Assembly: GCA_044222475.1 (NCBI GenBank)
Contig: JBGANF010000033.1
Location: 1 to 64,000, forward strand
Source: Polyangiaceae bacterium
GTDB lineage: Bacteria; Myxococcota_A; Polyangia; Polyangiales; Polyangiaceae
Direction of reading: 5' to 3'
Length of the DNA stretch: 64,000 nucleotides
In this document: piece after piece, positions 28,034 to 38,290 of the stretch
How the letters are laid out: every line of letters begins with the position of its first letter
How positions within the stretch are numbered: position 1 is the first letter of the stretch
Made by a program: the position numbers and the translations under genes
The notes under the pieces: generated by a model
Seen by the model: the letters and a program-made list of their open reading frames with translations, nothing else
What the model was told of the DNA's origin: nothing
The model's database searches: none

Positions 28034-30226
28034 TCACTCCGCCGGTTCGGGCGCGGGCGCTTCGGGCGCGGGCGTCGACGCGCCTTCGGGCTTCGGGGTG
28101 AGCCACTCCTTCATCTTCTCGCGCAGAGCCTTGAGGCGCTCGCGCTCCGACCAACCGAGGGAGGCGGCGCAGCCGATCCAGAAGAGGCCGAGGACCAAGA
28201 GCCCGGCGTCGGTGACGAAGTAGACCGTCGGCGCGAACGGTTTGCCGGCGCTCACCATCTCGGTCTGGACGTAGACCTCGTTGACCGAGCTGGGCATCGC
28301 GAGCGCGACCGGGCGGACGCCGTCGATCATCCCACTTTGGGACAACTGAGCGCGAAAGTTGCCGATGTTCTTCGCTTCGTCGTCCCGGCGGCCGTCGAGG
28401 TTGTCCTTGGAGTCAGCCTTGTCGGCCTCCTCGGAGCCCGCCCGAGCCGCGCCGCCGAACGTCTGACCCGCCGGCAGGTCGTAGAAGGCCGGCGCGATCG
28501 TGCCGTCGCGGGTCACGTCGTGGTTTCGGTTCAGGTTGAACACGAACGGGATCGCGACGACGGCGGCGGCGGCGCTCAGGCCGATCGTCCAGCGCCGCGC
28601 TCGGGGCGAGAGCTTCGAGATCCCGACGACCGCGCCGGTGACCGCGGTCGCGGCGAGCGTCACGCCGAAGACGGGGTGCGAGAAGAACCACAAGCCGGCG
28701 AGGCTCGCGAAGCCGAGGGCGCGCTTCTTGTTACCTCGGAGCGCGATGGCCGACAGGAGCGCCGACAGCGCGAGGGCGATGCCGTCGTTTCGACCCACCG
28801 GCCACTGGGTGTGGTCCCCACCGGTGACGACCATCGGGTGCACGTCCGCCGGCAGACCGAGGCGGAGCGACGCGCGCCCGGTGGCGAGCGGCAGCTCGGG
28901 AGAAACGAACGTCTTCCGTCCGCCGAAGAAGCCGGGCGACCAGTCGTCGATGCTCTGGGTCATCACGTCGTGGCTGCCGACGCGCAGCGGGATCATGAGG
29001 GCGGTCTCGCCGTCCTTGTGCATCAGGCGCTCGGAGCCGCCGTCGATCGACAGAAACAGCGGTTTCCCCGTCGGGGTGAGGCGCAGGTAGTCGATGCCGC
29101 TGTTCTCGTACGAGTAGGTGTCCTGGCTGACGAGATCGCCGCTCGACGTCAGGACGACGTGGCGGTCCATGCGGTGGACCACCGCCGAGAGCACCTCCAT
29201 CGTGGCGAGGGTCTGCAGGTTCACGTCGAGCTTCTGGCCCTTGCCGATCATGAAGAGACGCGCACTCACCTCGCGGCGCGCGATCGGCGACTCCGCCGAG
29301 TCGTGCTGCTTCGCGTCGCCGCTCGTGATGAGGCGATGGTCCTGATCGCTCTCGAGGAGCCACCACTCGAACGGCGAACGCGGATCGGGCGAGAACGAGC
29401 CCAGTTGGGTGAGAATCCCGGTGACGGTGACGGTCATCGCGTTGCCGGTGGTCGGGAGGACGAGGTCCTCGCCTTCGACCTTCCACCCGGTCGAGCCGAC
29501 GACGTCGGTGATCTTCTCCCCGTAGCGGAGCGGCAAGTGGACGAGGCCGAGGTCGCTGCCGCCTTGAACGGTGAGGCGGTACTCGAACTCGATGCTCTTC
29601 TTCACGCGCAGCGCGCGTGAGAGCGAGAAGATCGTGGGCGCGGGCGCCGGGGTCGCGTCCTCCGAGTCGAAGTGGATCGCGCCTGACTGGAGCCCGGAGA
29701 GCGACGCGCCTTCGGTGACCCGGCCGCCGGTGATGTTGGAGTCGAACCGGTTGAGCGGGGTCGGGAGCTGCAGCGTGCGATCGTCACCGACGGTGACCGT
29801 GCCGCGCAGGACGAACTTCCCGGCGGAAGGGCGGAAGAAGTACCGGTCACCCTCGAAGCCGACGACCGCGGGTACGCCGTTCTCGGTCACGTTCTCGAGC
29901 CGAACCTTGTCGGGTGTACCAAAAAGGGACACGTCGACGCCGCGCGTGAGCAAGGCGCCTTCGAGCTCGAACTGGAGCTTCCCAGTCTTCAGATCCCCTC
30001 GAAGCGTCAGGTGATCGAGCGTGTAGCACCGTGCCGTACATGTAGGGTCGGTCCCCTTCATCGCGTCTGCGATCTCGACGATCTGCGATCCGAGCGAACC
30101 CGGAGTGAGGGCGATCGGAGCGGCCGCGGCCGGTGGCGGTGCGACGGGGCTGCGCGCGAAGGCGGTTGCGGGAGCGAGGATGCCGACGGCGGCGAGGAGG
30201 GAGAGCGTGGTGCGAGCGCGGATCAT
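28034..30226 (-). CDS. Secreted/membrane hypothetical protein: signal peptide, large beta-rich ectodomain, C-terminal TM segments
   Basis: [24 protein letters not shown] signal peptide; several C-terminal TM segments; the ORF-track extension to 30886 is antisense to the ABC ATPase. Confidence 0.72.
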   Translation of the reverse strand: MIRARTTLSLLAAVGILAPATAFARSPVAPPPAAAAPIALTPGSLGSQIVEIADAMKGTDPTCTARCYTLDHLTLRGDLKTGKLQFELEGALLTRGVDVSLFGTPDKVRLENVTENGVPAVVGFEGDRYFFRPSAGKFVLRGTVTVGDDRTLQLPTPLNRFDSNITGGRVTEGASLSGLQSGAIHFDSEDATPAPAPTIFSLSRALRVKKSIEFEYRLTVQGGSDLGLVHLPLRYGEKITDVVGSTGWKVEGEDLVLPTTGNAMTVTVTGILTQLGSFSPDPRSPFEWWLLESDQDHRLITSGDAKQHDSAESPIARREVSARLFMIGKGQKLDVNLQTLATMEVLSAVVHRMDRHVVLTSSGDLVSQDTYSYENSGIDYLRLTPTGKPLFLSIDGGSERLMHKDGETALMIPLRVGSHDVMTQSIDDWSPGFFGGRKTFVSPELPLATGRASLRLGLPADVHPMVVTGGDHTQWPVGRNDGIALALSALLSAIALRGNKKRALGFASLAGLWFFSHPVFGVTLAATAVTGAVVGISKLSPRARRWTIGLSAAAAVVAIPFVFNLNRNHDVTRDGTIAPAFYDLPAGQTFGGAARAGSEEADKADSKDNLDGRRDDEAKNIGNFRAQLSQSGMIDGVRPVALAMPSSVNEVYVQTEMVSAGKPFAPTVYFVTDAGLLVLGLFWIGCAASLGWSERERLKALREKMKEWLTPKPEGASTPAPEAPAPEPAE

Positions 30227-30292
30227 GGAAGGGCCTACGGCTCGCCGGCGGAAACGATCTGCGCCGGGGCCGGCCGTGGTATTTGGCCTTCC

Positions 30293-30997
30293 GTGAAGGC
30301 CGTCCTCCGCGCCCGCTCGCTGTCGAAGGTCTACCGCATGGGCGAGGTCGACGTGGTCGCCCTGCGCGACCTCGACCTCGAGCTCTACGAGGGCGAGCTC
30401 ACCGTGCTCCTCGGTGCGTCGGGCAGCGGGAAATCCACGCTCCTCAACATCCTCGGCGGGCTCGACATCCCGACGTCGGGGACGGTCATCTACCTCGACC
30501 ACGATCTCACCCAGGCCGACGAGTCCGCGCTCACGCGGTACCGCCGCGAGCACGTGGGGTTCGTGTTCCAGTTCTACAACCTGATCCCGAGCCTGACGGC
30601 GCTCGAGAACGTAGCTCTCGTCACCGACATCGCCGACGACCCGCTCGATCCGGCCGAGGCGCTCGCGCTCGTCGGCCTCGCGGACCGAAAGGACCACTTC
30701 CCCGCGCAGCTCTCCGGTGGCGAGCAGCAGCGCGTAGCGATCGCCCGCGCGGTCGCGAAGCGCCCCGACGTGCTCTTGTGCGACGAGCCCACCGGCGCGC
30801 TCGACTACCAGACCGGCAAGATCGTCCTCGAGGTGATCGACCGCGTGAACCGCGAGCTCGGCACCACCACGGCGGTCATCACCCACAACGCTCCCATCGC
30901 GAAGATGGCCGACCGCGTGCTCGTCATGTCCGGCGGAGCGATCCAGAAGGACGAGCGCAACGCGGCCCGGGCGAACATCGCGGAGATCTCCTGGTGA
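30293..30997 (+). CDS. ABC transporter ATP-binding protein (MacB/LolD-type)
   Basis: [44 protein letters not shown]. Confidence 0.95.
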   Translation: MKAVLRARSLSKVYRMGEVDVVALRDLDLELYEGELTVLLGASGSGKSTLLNILGGLDIPTSGTVIYLDHDLTQADESALTRYRREHVGFVFQFYNLIPSLTALENVALVTDIADDPLDPAEALALVGLADRKDHFPAQLSGGEQQRVAIARAVAKRPDVLLCDEPTGALDYQTGKIVLEVIDRVNRELGTTTAVITHNAPIAKMADRVLVMSGGAIQKDERNAARANIAEISW

Positions 30998-33363
30998 CCG
31001 CGCTCAGTCGCAAGCTCCTTCGCGATCTCGTGCAGCTGCGCGGCCAGGCGGCGACGATCGCCATCGTCGTCGCGTGCGGCATCGCGACGTACGTCGCCCT
31101 CTTCGGCGTGTACCGGACTCTCCTCGCCAGCCGAGACCAGCACTACGAGAGCAGTCGGTTCGGAGACGCGTTCGTGCACTGCAAGCGCGCACCGGACTCC
31201 CTCGTCCCGACGTTGGCCGCAGTGCCGGGCGTCGCCGTCGCCGACGCGCGCGAGGTCGAGACGATCATGCTCCCGATGCCGGACATGACCGAGCCCGCCA
31301 CGGCCGTCGTGATCTCGCTCCCGCCGAGCGGCCGCCCCGCGCTCGACGAGCCCGTCGTGCGCCGAGGTCGGCTTCCGATCGCCGGCCACGCCGACGAGGT
31401 GCTCCTCCTCGAGAGCTTCGCGGACGCCCATCACGTCGAGCCGGGCGGCGAGATCCCGGCGATCCTCAACGGCGTGAAGCGCACGCTCCGCGTCGTCGGG
31501 GTCGCGCTCTCCCCCGAGTACGTGTACCCGGTCGGGGCGCTCAGCTACGACTCGATGGCGGACAACACGAGGTTCGGCGTCTTGTGGATGGACCGCGCGG
31601 CGATGGCGCCGGTGTTTCGCATGGAAGGCGCCTTCAACGACGTCGTCTTCCGGCTCGCACCCGACGCGCAGGAAGCGCAGGTCTTGGACGACGTCGGTCG
31701 CCTCCTCGCGCCCTACGGGACGACCGGCGCGTACCCGCGGAGCCGGCAGATCTCGAACATGATCGTCGGCCAAGAGCTGGAGCAGCTCTCGACCATGGCG
31801 ACGATGATCCCGACCATCTTCCTCGCCATCGCGGCGTTCCTCTTGAACGTCGTGCTCTCGCGCATGGTGCACCTGCAACGCGCACAGATCGCGACGCTCA
31901 AGGCCGTCGGCTACCGCGATCGGGAGGTGGGTTTCTTCTACGTGAAGCTGGTGGTCGTCGTCGCCGTCTTCGGAGCGGTCCTCGGCATCGGTGCCGGTGC
32001 GCTTCTCGGTCGAGGGATGCTCAACTTGTATCGACCGTACTTCCGGTTTCCGTCGTTCGAGTACCGCATCGACGCCGGGGTGATCGGGACGGCCGTCGCC
32101 GTCACGATCGGTGCCGCGCTCGCTGGTGCGCTCGCGACGGTACGGCGCATCGCGAGCCTTCCTCCGGCCGAGGCGATGCGACCCGAGGCGCCGGCGACCT
32201 ATCACGCGACGCTCGTCGAGCGCATCGGGCTGCGTCGCCTCATCGGCCCGGTCGGGATGATGACGGTGCGTGAGCTCTCTCGGCGCCCGCTCCGAACCCT
32301 CCTCTCCTCGGCCGGCATCGCGATGGCGATCGCGATCATGGTCCTCGCGCGGTTCACCGCCGACGCGATGTACACCCTCATCGACATCGAGTTCGAGACG
32401 GCGCGGCGGGACGACCTCACCGTGAGCTTCATCCACCCCGTCCCCGGCCGCGCCGAGAGAGAGCTCGCGCACGTCCCCGGGGTCCTCATGACCGAGTCGT
32501 CGCGACTGGTGCCGGTGCGCGCGCGCTGCGCCACGGTGACGCGCGACATCGCCCTCATCGGGCAACGTCCCGACGCCCGGCTGCGCCGGGTCATGGAGTG
32601 GCCGCCGCGGGTGGTGCCGATGCCCGACCACGGGATGATCGTCACCGCCGAGCTGGGGCGCGTCCTCGGGATCGCGGTGGGGGATCGCGTGGAGCTCGAG
32701 ATCCTCGAGGGCAACCACGACAAGGTCGACGTGACCGTCGTCGGGTTCTCGCACGAGCTCTTCGGTCTCCAAGCGTACATGGACCTCGAGTCGCTCCGAG
32801 AGGTCCTCGGCGAAACCGATGCGATCAGCAGCGTCGCGATGCTCGTCGACCCCGAGCGGATTGACGACGTCCAGGCGCGCCTCAAGGACATGCCGGCGGT
32901 CATCGGCATCGCGCGCCGCAAGGATCTGATCCGCCGCTTCGAGAAGCAGAGCGCGGACCAGGCCGTCTTCACGACGCTCATCCTCACCTTCTTCGGCGCC
33001 GCGATCGCCATCGCGATCGTCTACAACAACGCACGCGTCGCGCTCTCGACGCGCGAGCGCGACCTCGCGAGCTTGCGCGTCCTCGGGTTCACCCGCGCCG
33101 AGATCAGCCGCATCCTCCTCAACGAGATCGCGGTGCAGGTCGGCTTGGCGATCGTTCCCGGCCTCGCGCTCGGTTGGCTGCTCTCTTGGTCGATGACCTT
33201 GATGACTTCGCCGGAGATGTTTCGACTACCGGTCATCGTGTCGAACCAAACCTACGTCTACGCGGTGATGACGACCGTTGCCGCGGCGATCGTGAGCGCG
33301 CTCATCGTGCGGCGGAAGCTCGATCGGCTCGATCTGGTCGCCGTCTTGAAATCGAGGGAATGA
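30994..33363 (+). CDS. ABC transporter permease, duplicated FtsX-like domain
   Basis: [12 protein letters not shown]..., [28 protein letters not shown] overlap with the ATPase. Confidence 0.92.
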   Translation: MTALSRKLLRDLVQLRGQAATIAIVVACGIATYVALFGVYRTLLASRDQHYESSRFGDAFVHCKRAPDSLVPTLAAVPGVAVADAREVETIMLPMPDMTEPATAVVISLPPSGRPALDEPVVRRGRLPIAGHADEVLLLESFADAHHVEPGGEIPAILNGVKRTLRVVGVALSPEYVYPVGALSYDSMADNTRFGVLWMDRAAMAPVFRMEGAFNDVVFRLAPDAQEAQVLDDVGRLLAPYGTTGAYPRSRQISNMIVGQELEQLSTMATMIPTIFLAIAAFLLNVVLSRMVHLQRAQIATLKAVGYRDREVGFFYVKLVVVVAVFGAVLGIGAGALLGRGMLNLYRPYFRFPSFEYRIDAGVIGTAVAVTIGAALAGALATVRRIASLPPAEAMRPEAPATYHATLVERIGLRRLIGPVGMMTVRELSRRPLRTLLSSAGIAMAIAIMVLARFTADAMYTLIDIEFETARRDDLTVSFIHPVPGRAERELAHVPGVLMTESSRLVPVRARCATVTRDIALIGQRPDARLRRVMEWPPRVVPMPDHGMIVTAELGRVLGIAVGDRVELEILEGNHDKVDVTVVGFSHELFGLQAYMDLESLREVLGETDAISSVAMLVDPERIDDVQARLKDMPAVIGIARRKDLIRRFEKQSADQAVFTTLILTFFGAAIAIAIVYNNARVALSTRERDLASLRVLGFTRAEISRILLNEIAVQVGLAIVPGLALGWLLSWSMTLMTSPEMFRLPVIVSNQTYVYAVMTTVAAAIVSALIVRRKLDRLDLVAVLKSRE

Positions 33364-34628
33364 TGGAGACTCCGGTGGAAAAAGCACAGTCGAACAACCC
33401 TCCGAAGGCGGTCGCCGTCGGTTCGTCCAACGCGAAGACGCGAAACCGTCGGCGGTGGCTCGGGCGCGCGGGGTGGGCGCTTGCCGCGCTCTCGCTCGTC
33501 GGGTTCGTCGTCTATGCTTCGCTTCCGAAACCGGTCGTCGTCGAGACGACGACGATCCGTCGCGGTCCGCTCGTCGTCACCGTCGACGAAGCGGCCCGCA
33601 CGCGGGTGAAGGATCGCTACGTGGTCTCGGCCCCGCTTGCAGGCAACCTCGGCCGCATCGAGCTGCGACCGGGCGAACGCGTGAAGGCGGGCGACGTGAT
33701 CGCACGGATCAGCCCCGTCGACTCGCCGCTGCTGGACACTCGAACTCGGACCGAGGCCGAGGCGCGCGTCGCCGCCGCGATGGCCGCACAGAAGCAGGCA
33801 GCTGCGGCGGTGACTCGCGCCGAGCTCGCTTCGGAGCATGCGAAGAACGAGCTCGACACGGCCCGCACCCTCGTCGGAAAGGGCGCGCTGGTCGCGAAGG
33901 ACCTGGAGCACGCCGAGCTCGAGCAGCGCCTCCGAGTCGAGGAGCTCGCCTCGACCAAGTTCGCCGCGCAAGTCGCGAACCACGAGGTCGACATGACGCG
34001 CGCCGCGCTCGCCCGTATCGGTGGCAAGACCGGTGACCAGTTCGAGATCACGGCGCCCACGTCGGGTCGCGTCCTCCGTGTCGTTCACGAGAGCGCAGGG
34101 GTCGTCGCGCCGGCGATGCCGCTCCTCGAGATCGGCGACGATGCTGCGCTCGAGGTCGTGAGCGACGTCCTCACGAGCGACGCAGTGAGGATCCCCAGTA
34201 ACGCGAAGGTGACCTTGCTCCGTTGGGGCGGTGAACCGCTCGCCGGCCACGTCCGCGCGATCGAGCCCTCGGCGTTCACCCGGATCTCGGCGCTCGGCGT
34301 CGAAGAGCAGCGCGTCGCGGTCATCATCGATCTCGACGAGCCGCACGAGAAGTGGGCCGCCCTCGGCGACGGATACCGCCTCGACGTTCAGATCGTGACC
34401 TGGCAGCAACCGAGCGTGCTGACCCTGTCGCAGGGGGCGGCCTTCCGCAGCGGAGACGAGTGGGCGGTCTTCACCGTCGAGGATGGCCGCGCCCACCTGC
34501 GGCGCGTGAAGCTCGGGCAGCGGAGCGTGTTCGACGTCGAGGTGCTCTCCGGGGTCGACGAAGGGGGCACCATCGTGCTCCACCCCGGGGAAAAAGTGAT
34601 CGACGGCGTGCGCGTGACCACTCGTTGA
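33360..34628 (+). CDS. Efflux periplasmic adaptor (HlyD/MacA-like)
   Basis: N-terminal TM, VVSAPLAG, APTSGRVLRV, IEPSAFTRISALGVEEQRV; overlaps the permease stop. Confidence 0.9.
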   Translation: MMETPVEKAQSNNPPKAVAVGSSNAKTRNRRRWLGRAGWALAALSLVGFVVYASLPKPVVVETTTIRRGPLVVTVDEAARTRVKDRYVVSAPLAGNLGRIELRPGERVKAGDVIARISPVDSPLLDTRTRTEAEARVAAAMAAQKQAAAAVTRAELASEHAKNELDTARTLVGKGALVAKDLEHAELEQRLRVEELASTKFAAQVANHEVDMTRAALARIGGKTGDQFEITAPTSGRVLRVVHESAGVVAPAMPLLEIGDDAALEVVSDVLTSDAVRIPSNAKVTLLRWGGEPLAGHVRAIEPSAFTRISALGVEEQRVAVIIDLDEPHEKWAALGDGYRLDVQIVTWQQPSVLTLSQGAAFRSGDEWAVFTVEDGRAHLRRVKLGQRSVFDVEVLSGVDEGGTIVLHPGEKVIDGVRVTTR

Positions 34629-34674
34629 AGGTTCCAAGGAAGGCCGGGGTCGCGGTGTTCGTAGCATCGCCTTG

Positions 34675-35898
34675 ATGAAGACCCTCGTCACGCGTGCGGT
34701 CGTGCTCGTGGCCATCGGCTCGTTCGGCACCGGATGCGCCAGCCGGGTCGCACAATCGTCGGCGTCCGCGCTCGTCGCGCCTTCGGGTGGCATCGACCCG
34801 CGGGCGGGCGCGTCGCCGCTTCCAGCGACCGTGACCGGCAGCGCTGGCAACCGCGAAGCCCGGGCCGATCATCTCCTGGGCAGCATCGCCGCGTCGGTCG
34901 GCGTCGTGCAGCACTTCACCGACGACGCGGTCAAGGCGCGCGACGTCGTTCGGGTGAGCTGCGAGAGCGACAAGCTCGAGCAGCTCTGGTCGATCGAGGC
35001 CGACGCGCGAGCGCGACGCAGCGACGTCCGCGCAGGCGCGCTCGAAGACGCCGACGACGGCAGCGCGTACGCGCGCCTCGAGAGCCTGGAAGCGCGCGCG
35101 CGCGCCCTCCGCGACGAAGCAGGGCAGTGCGTCGGCGAAGAGCGGGAGCTCGATTCCCGCGTGTCCGACCTGAAGGAGCAGGTGTTCCGCACCAAGGCGC
35201 GCGTCGCCATGCTCGACGAGACCGTGCTCGCCGGCGCGACGACCGGCCTCCGCGGTCCCGTGTTCGCGGCTCCGCCGGTGCCACCGCCGTCGGCACCGCC
35301 GCCACCACCGCCTGCGAGCGGAACCGGCACGACGAGCGCCGGCCCCGACAAGGAGGCCCACGATCCGTCGATGCTCATCCGAACCGCGGAGATCGCGCTC
35401 GCGGTCTACGAGGTCGACAAGAACCTCGACGGCGTCGAGAAGAAGGCGATCTCCCTCGGTGGGTACTTGGCGCTTCGGAGCGATCGACAGATCACGGTGC
35501 GCGTTCCGCGTGACAAGTTCGACGAGCTCGTCGCTCAGATCACCACGCTCGGCGACGTGCTCCACAAGAACGTCGCCGCCGAGGACGTCACCGATCAGTA
35601 CGTCGACATCTCGATGCGGCTCAAGAACTCGACCGCGGTCCGCGATCGCCTCGAGAAGCTCCTCCAGACGGCGCAGGTTCGCGACGCGGTCGAGATCCAC
35701 AAGGAGCTCGCCAAGGTGACCGAAGAGATCGAGCGCCTCGAAGGGAAGCTCAAGCTCCTCCGCGATCGCATCGCGTACTCGACGATCACGGTGTCGTTCG
35801 AGAAGAACCAGCAACAAGTGGTGCGCTCGCAGGCGCTGCTGCCGTTTCCGTGGATGAACACCATGGGCCTCGGGCCCTTGCTCCGGGTGCCTCGATGA
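34675..35898 (+). CDS. DUF4349-domain lipoprotein with extra N-terminal coiled-coil segments
   Basis: GTGC lipobox; MLIRTAEI, ITVRVP, EDVTDQYVD, EIERLEG, IAYSTITV. Confidence 0.82.
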   Translation: MKTLVTRAVVLVAIGSFGTGCASRVAQSSASALVAPSGGIDPRAGASPLPATVTGSAGNREARADHLLGSIAASVGVVQHFTDDAVKARDVVRVSCESDKLEQLWSIEADARARRSDVRAGALEDADDGSAYARLESLEARARALRDEAGQCVGEERELDSRVSDLKEQVFRTKARVAMLDETVLAGATTGLRGPVFAAPPVPPPSAPPPPPPASGTGTTSAGPDKEAHDPSMLIRTAEIALAVYEVDKNLDGVEKKAISLGGYLALRSDRQITVRVPRDKFDELVAQITTLGDVLHKNVAAEDVTDQYVDISMRLKNSTAVRDRLEKLLQTAQVRDAVEIHKELAKVTEEIERLEGKLKLLRDRIAYSTITVSFEKNQQQVVRSQALLPFPWMNTMGLGPLLRVPR

Positions 35899-36371
35899 GT
35901 GCCTCGATGAAGCGCTGCGCCTTCCTGCTGCTCGCGATCGCGATGGTCCTGACCGGCTGCGCCAAGTCGTTCGACGTGAAGACCGCCCCAGGGTTCGTCG
36001 AGGTCAAGGAGCCGGACGCCGCGTACGATTTCCGCGCCGTCGCTCCAGATGGCGTCGCGGTCGCGGTGCGCGCGGTGAAGATCGACGACAAGACCGATCT
36101 CGCGTTCTGGGAGAGCGCCGTGATGCTTCGCACCCGCGAGATGGACGGCTACGCCAAGGTCAGCGCGTCGGACGTGAAGTCCGCCGACGGGACGCCCGGG
36201 CGCGAGATCGTCTTTGGCCACGACGAACAAGGAAAGCCGTACGTCTACCGCGTGCGCATCTTCGTTCGTGGCTCCAAGCTGGTCCTGGCCGAGGCCGGCG
36301 GCTCGGCCGAGAACATGGACCGGTGGAAGTCGGGCGTCGAGTCGATGCTCGCGAGCGTGTCCGTGAACTGA
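35895..36371 (+). CDS. Hypothetical lipoprotein
   Basis: VLTGC lipobox; ATGA overlap with the DUF4349 gene. Confidence 0.75.
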   Translation: MSASMKRCAFLLLAIAMVLTGCAKSFDVKTAPGFVEVKEPDAAYDFRAVAPDGVAVAVRAVKIDDKTDLAFWESAVMLRTREMDGYAKVSASDVKSADGTPGREIVFGHDEQGKPYVYRVRIFVRGSKLVLAEAGGSAENMDRWKSGVESMLASVSVN

Positions 36372-36378
36372 GCTCCAG

Positions 36379-36873
36379 CTACGGAAGCGCGCGTCGCATG
36401 CGCAGCTCGTCGAGGTCGCCCTCGCGCTTCGTCGCCCCATCGAGCGCGAAGCCCGCGGCCTCGTAGAACTGGATGGCGCGAGCGTTCCCTCGAAGCACCC
36501 ACAGCGTGACCGCGTCGTACCGCTTTGGTACGAAGAACGCGAGCGCGTCGGACAGCAGCGCCCGTCCGACACCGGTGCCCCAGGCTGCCGGGTGCGCGTA
36601 CAGCGCCCACACCTCGCCGACCGCGCTCGCGCCTTCGTCGCGGCTCGGGCCCGACGTCGCGAATCCGACGACCTCGCCCTCGGTCTCGAACACGGTGGTC
36701 CGGCGGTCGGGGGCGCGCTCGGCCAAGTTCGACCGCCACCGCGGAGTGCGGGCTTCGACCGTCACGCGCGCGAGCACCGGCCCCGCGATGATGCCGTGGT
36801 AGGCGGCGTGCCAGCTCGCGACCTGCACGCGCGCGATTGCCTCGGCGTCGACGACGGCGGCGATGCGTACCAT
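36379..36873 (-). CDS. GNAT family N-acetyltransferase
   Basis: ALYAHPAAWGTGVGRALL, LWVLRGNARAIQFYEAAGF. Confidence 0.9.
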   Translation of the reverse strand: MVRIAAVVDAEAIARVQVASWHAAYHGIIAGPVLARVTVEARTPRWRSNLAERAPDRRTTVFETEGEVVGFATSGPSRDEGASAVGEVWALYAHPAAWGTGVGRALLSDALAFFVPKRYDAVTLWVLRGNARAIQFYEAAGFALDGATKREGDLDELRMRRALP

Positions 36874-36975
36874 CCCCCACCTTTTAGCAGCAGCTCTGCA
36901 CATTCTTCAGCAGCAGCAACGGAGTTGGCACCCCGAAAGCCAACCCACGAGGCGATTCCCGATCAATTCCGCCAG

Positions 36976-36990
36976 GGCACGACGGTTGCA
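36976..36990 (+). promoter_or_regulatory. Sigma-54 (-24/-12) promoter
   Basis: GGCACGACGGTTGCA, a near-perfect consensus, upstream of a GGAGG RBS and ATG 37028. Confidence 0.78.
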
Positions 36991-37027
36991 GTGTCGCTGC
37001 TGGCTTGGATTACACCGGGAGGTCTCC

Positions 37028-38242
37028 ATGACGATGACGATGCGCTTGGGCTTGGCGGCAGGGGTAGCGGCGGCGATGGTCGCGTGTGGCGGGAGCGACA
37101 CCACGTCGGACTTGTTCGACGGAGGCAACACCAACGACTCGGCGACCAACAACGACACCGGCACCGGGAATGACGGTGGCGTGATCGACAGCGGTCTCAC
37201 CTGCACGGCGCCGATGGCGAACTGCAGCGGCATCGCGTCCGACGGCTGCAACATCGACACATCGAAGGACAACCAGAACTGCGGCGGCTGCGGCAGCGTC
37301 TGCAACACGCAGTGCACCAACGGGGTGTGTCCGCTCTTCACCGCCGACGCGGGCGCGCCGCAGCAGGTGGGTGACTTCGCCTGTCTCACCGTCGACCAGA
37401 AGTCGGCGACGGTCTACTGGGGCACGGGCCTCGTCGCGAACAACGGCGGCGCCATCTGGAAGGTCTCCACGAACGGAGGCAACCCGTCGCTCGTGATCGG
37501 AAACCAGGACCGGCCGCACGGCATGGCCTCGGACGGAACCGATTTGTATTATGCAAACTATGGCGCAGCCGCGAACACAGGCTCGATCCAAAAGATCCCG
37601 CTCGGTGGCGGCAACCCGACCCCGATCGCCACGAATCAGGCGAGCCCCCTCGACGTCGCGGTCGACGGGACGAACGTCTACTGGACGAACCGCGGCGACG
37701 GCACGGTGTGGAAGAGCAGCAAGACGTCTCCCAACCCGACCAAGATCATGAACGGCGCCGGCGCGAACCGCGCGAGCAACCTCCGCATCGACGCCACCTT
37801 CGCCTACGTCACCGATCCGTCGGGCAACCAGGTCGTGCGCGTACCGCTCGACGGCAGCCAACCGAACCCCGCCGTCGTGACGAAGGCGCCGGGCCCGCGC
37901 TACATCGCGACCGACAAGAACACGGCCTACTTCGGCTCCAGCCAGAACAACGCAGCCGCCGTCCTGTCGATCCCGCTCAACGCGAACAACGGATCCGCGG
38001 CTCAGATCTTGCCGAACCTCGGCACGGTGAGCGGCATCGAGACCGACGGCGTCAACGTCTGGTACGCGGTTCCGTCGGCCGGTGGCGCGAACACCGGCTC
38101 GATCAACCGCGCGACCATCGCCGGGGCGAACCCGACCCCGCTCGCGAAGAACCAGAACTTCCCCGGCTGCATCGCGCTCGACACGAAGAGCGTGTTCTGG
38201 ATCAACCTCGGCGGCGGCCTCATCTCGAAGACCGGAAAGTAG
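37028..38242 (+). CDS. Lipoprotein with myxobacterial Cys-rich repeat and YWTD-like beta-propeller
   Basis: MVAC-GGS lipobox; C..DGC..D..NCGGCG..C..C..GVC; seven blade-like motifs (VYWGT, LYYAN, VYWTN, AYVTD, AYFGS, VWYAV, VFWIN). Confidence 0.8.
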   Translation: MTMTMRLGLAAGVAAAMVACGGSDTTSDLFDGGNTNDSATNNDTGTGNDGGVIDSGLTCTAPMANCSGIASDGCNIDTSKDNQNCGGCGSVCNTQCTNGVCPLFTADAGAPQQVGDFACLTVDQKSATVYWGTGLVANNGGAIWKVSTNGGNPSLVIGNQDRPHGMASDGTDLYYANYGAAANTGSIQKIPLGGGNPTPIATNQASPLDVAVDGTNVYWTNRGDGTVWKSSKTSPNPTKIMNGAGANRASNLRIDATFAYVTDPSGNQVVRVPLDGSQPNPAVVTKAPGPRYIATDKNTAYFGSSQNNAAAVLSIPLNANNGSAAQILPNLGTVSGIETDGVNVWYAVPSAGGANTGSINRATIAGANPTPLAKNQNFPGCIALDTKSVFWINLGGGLISKTGK

Positions 38243-38290
38243 CCACCCGCGTCCAAGATCCGACGGGCCACCGCGTCTTTTTTGATAGAC

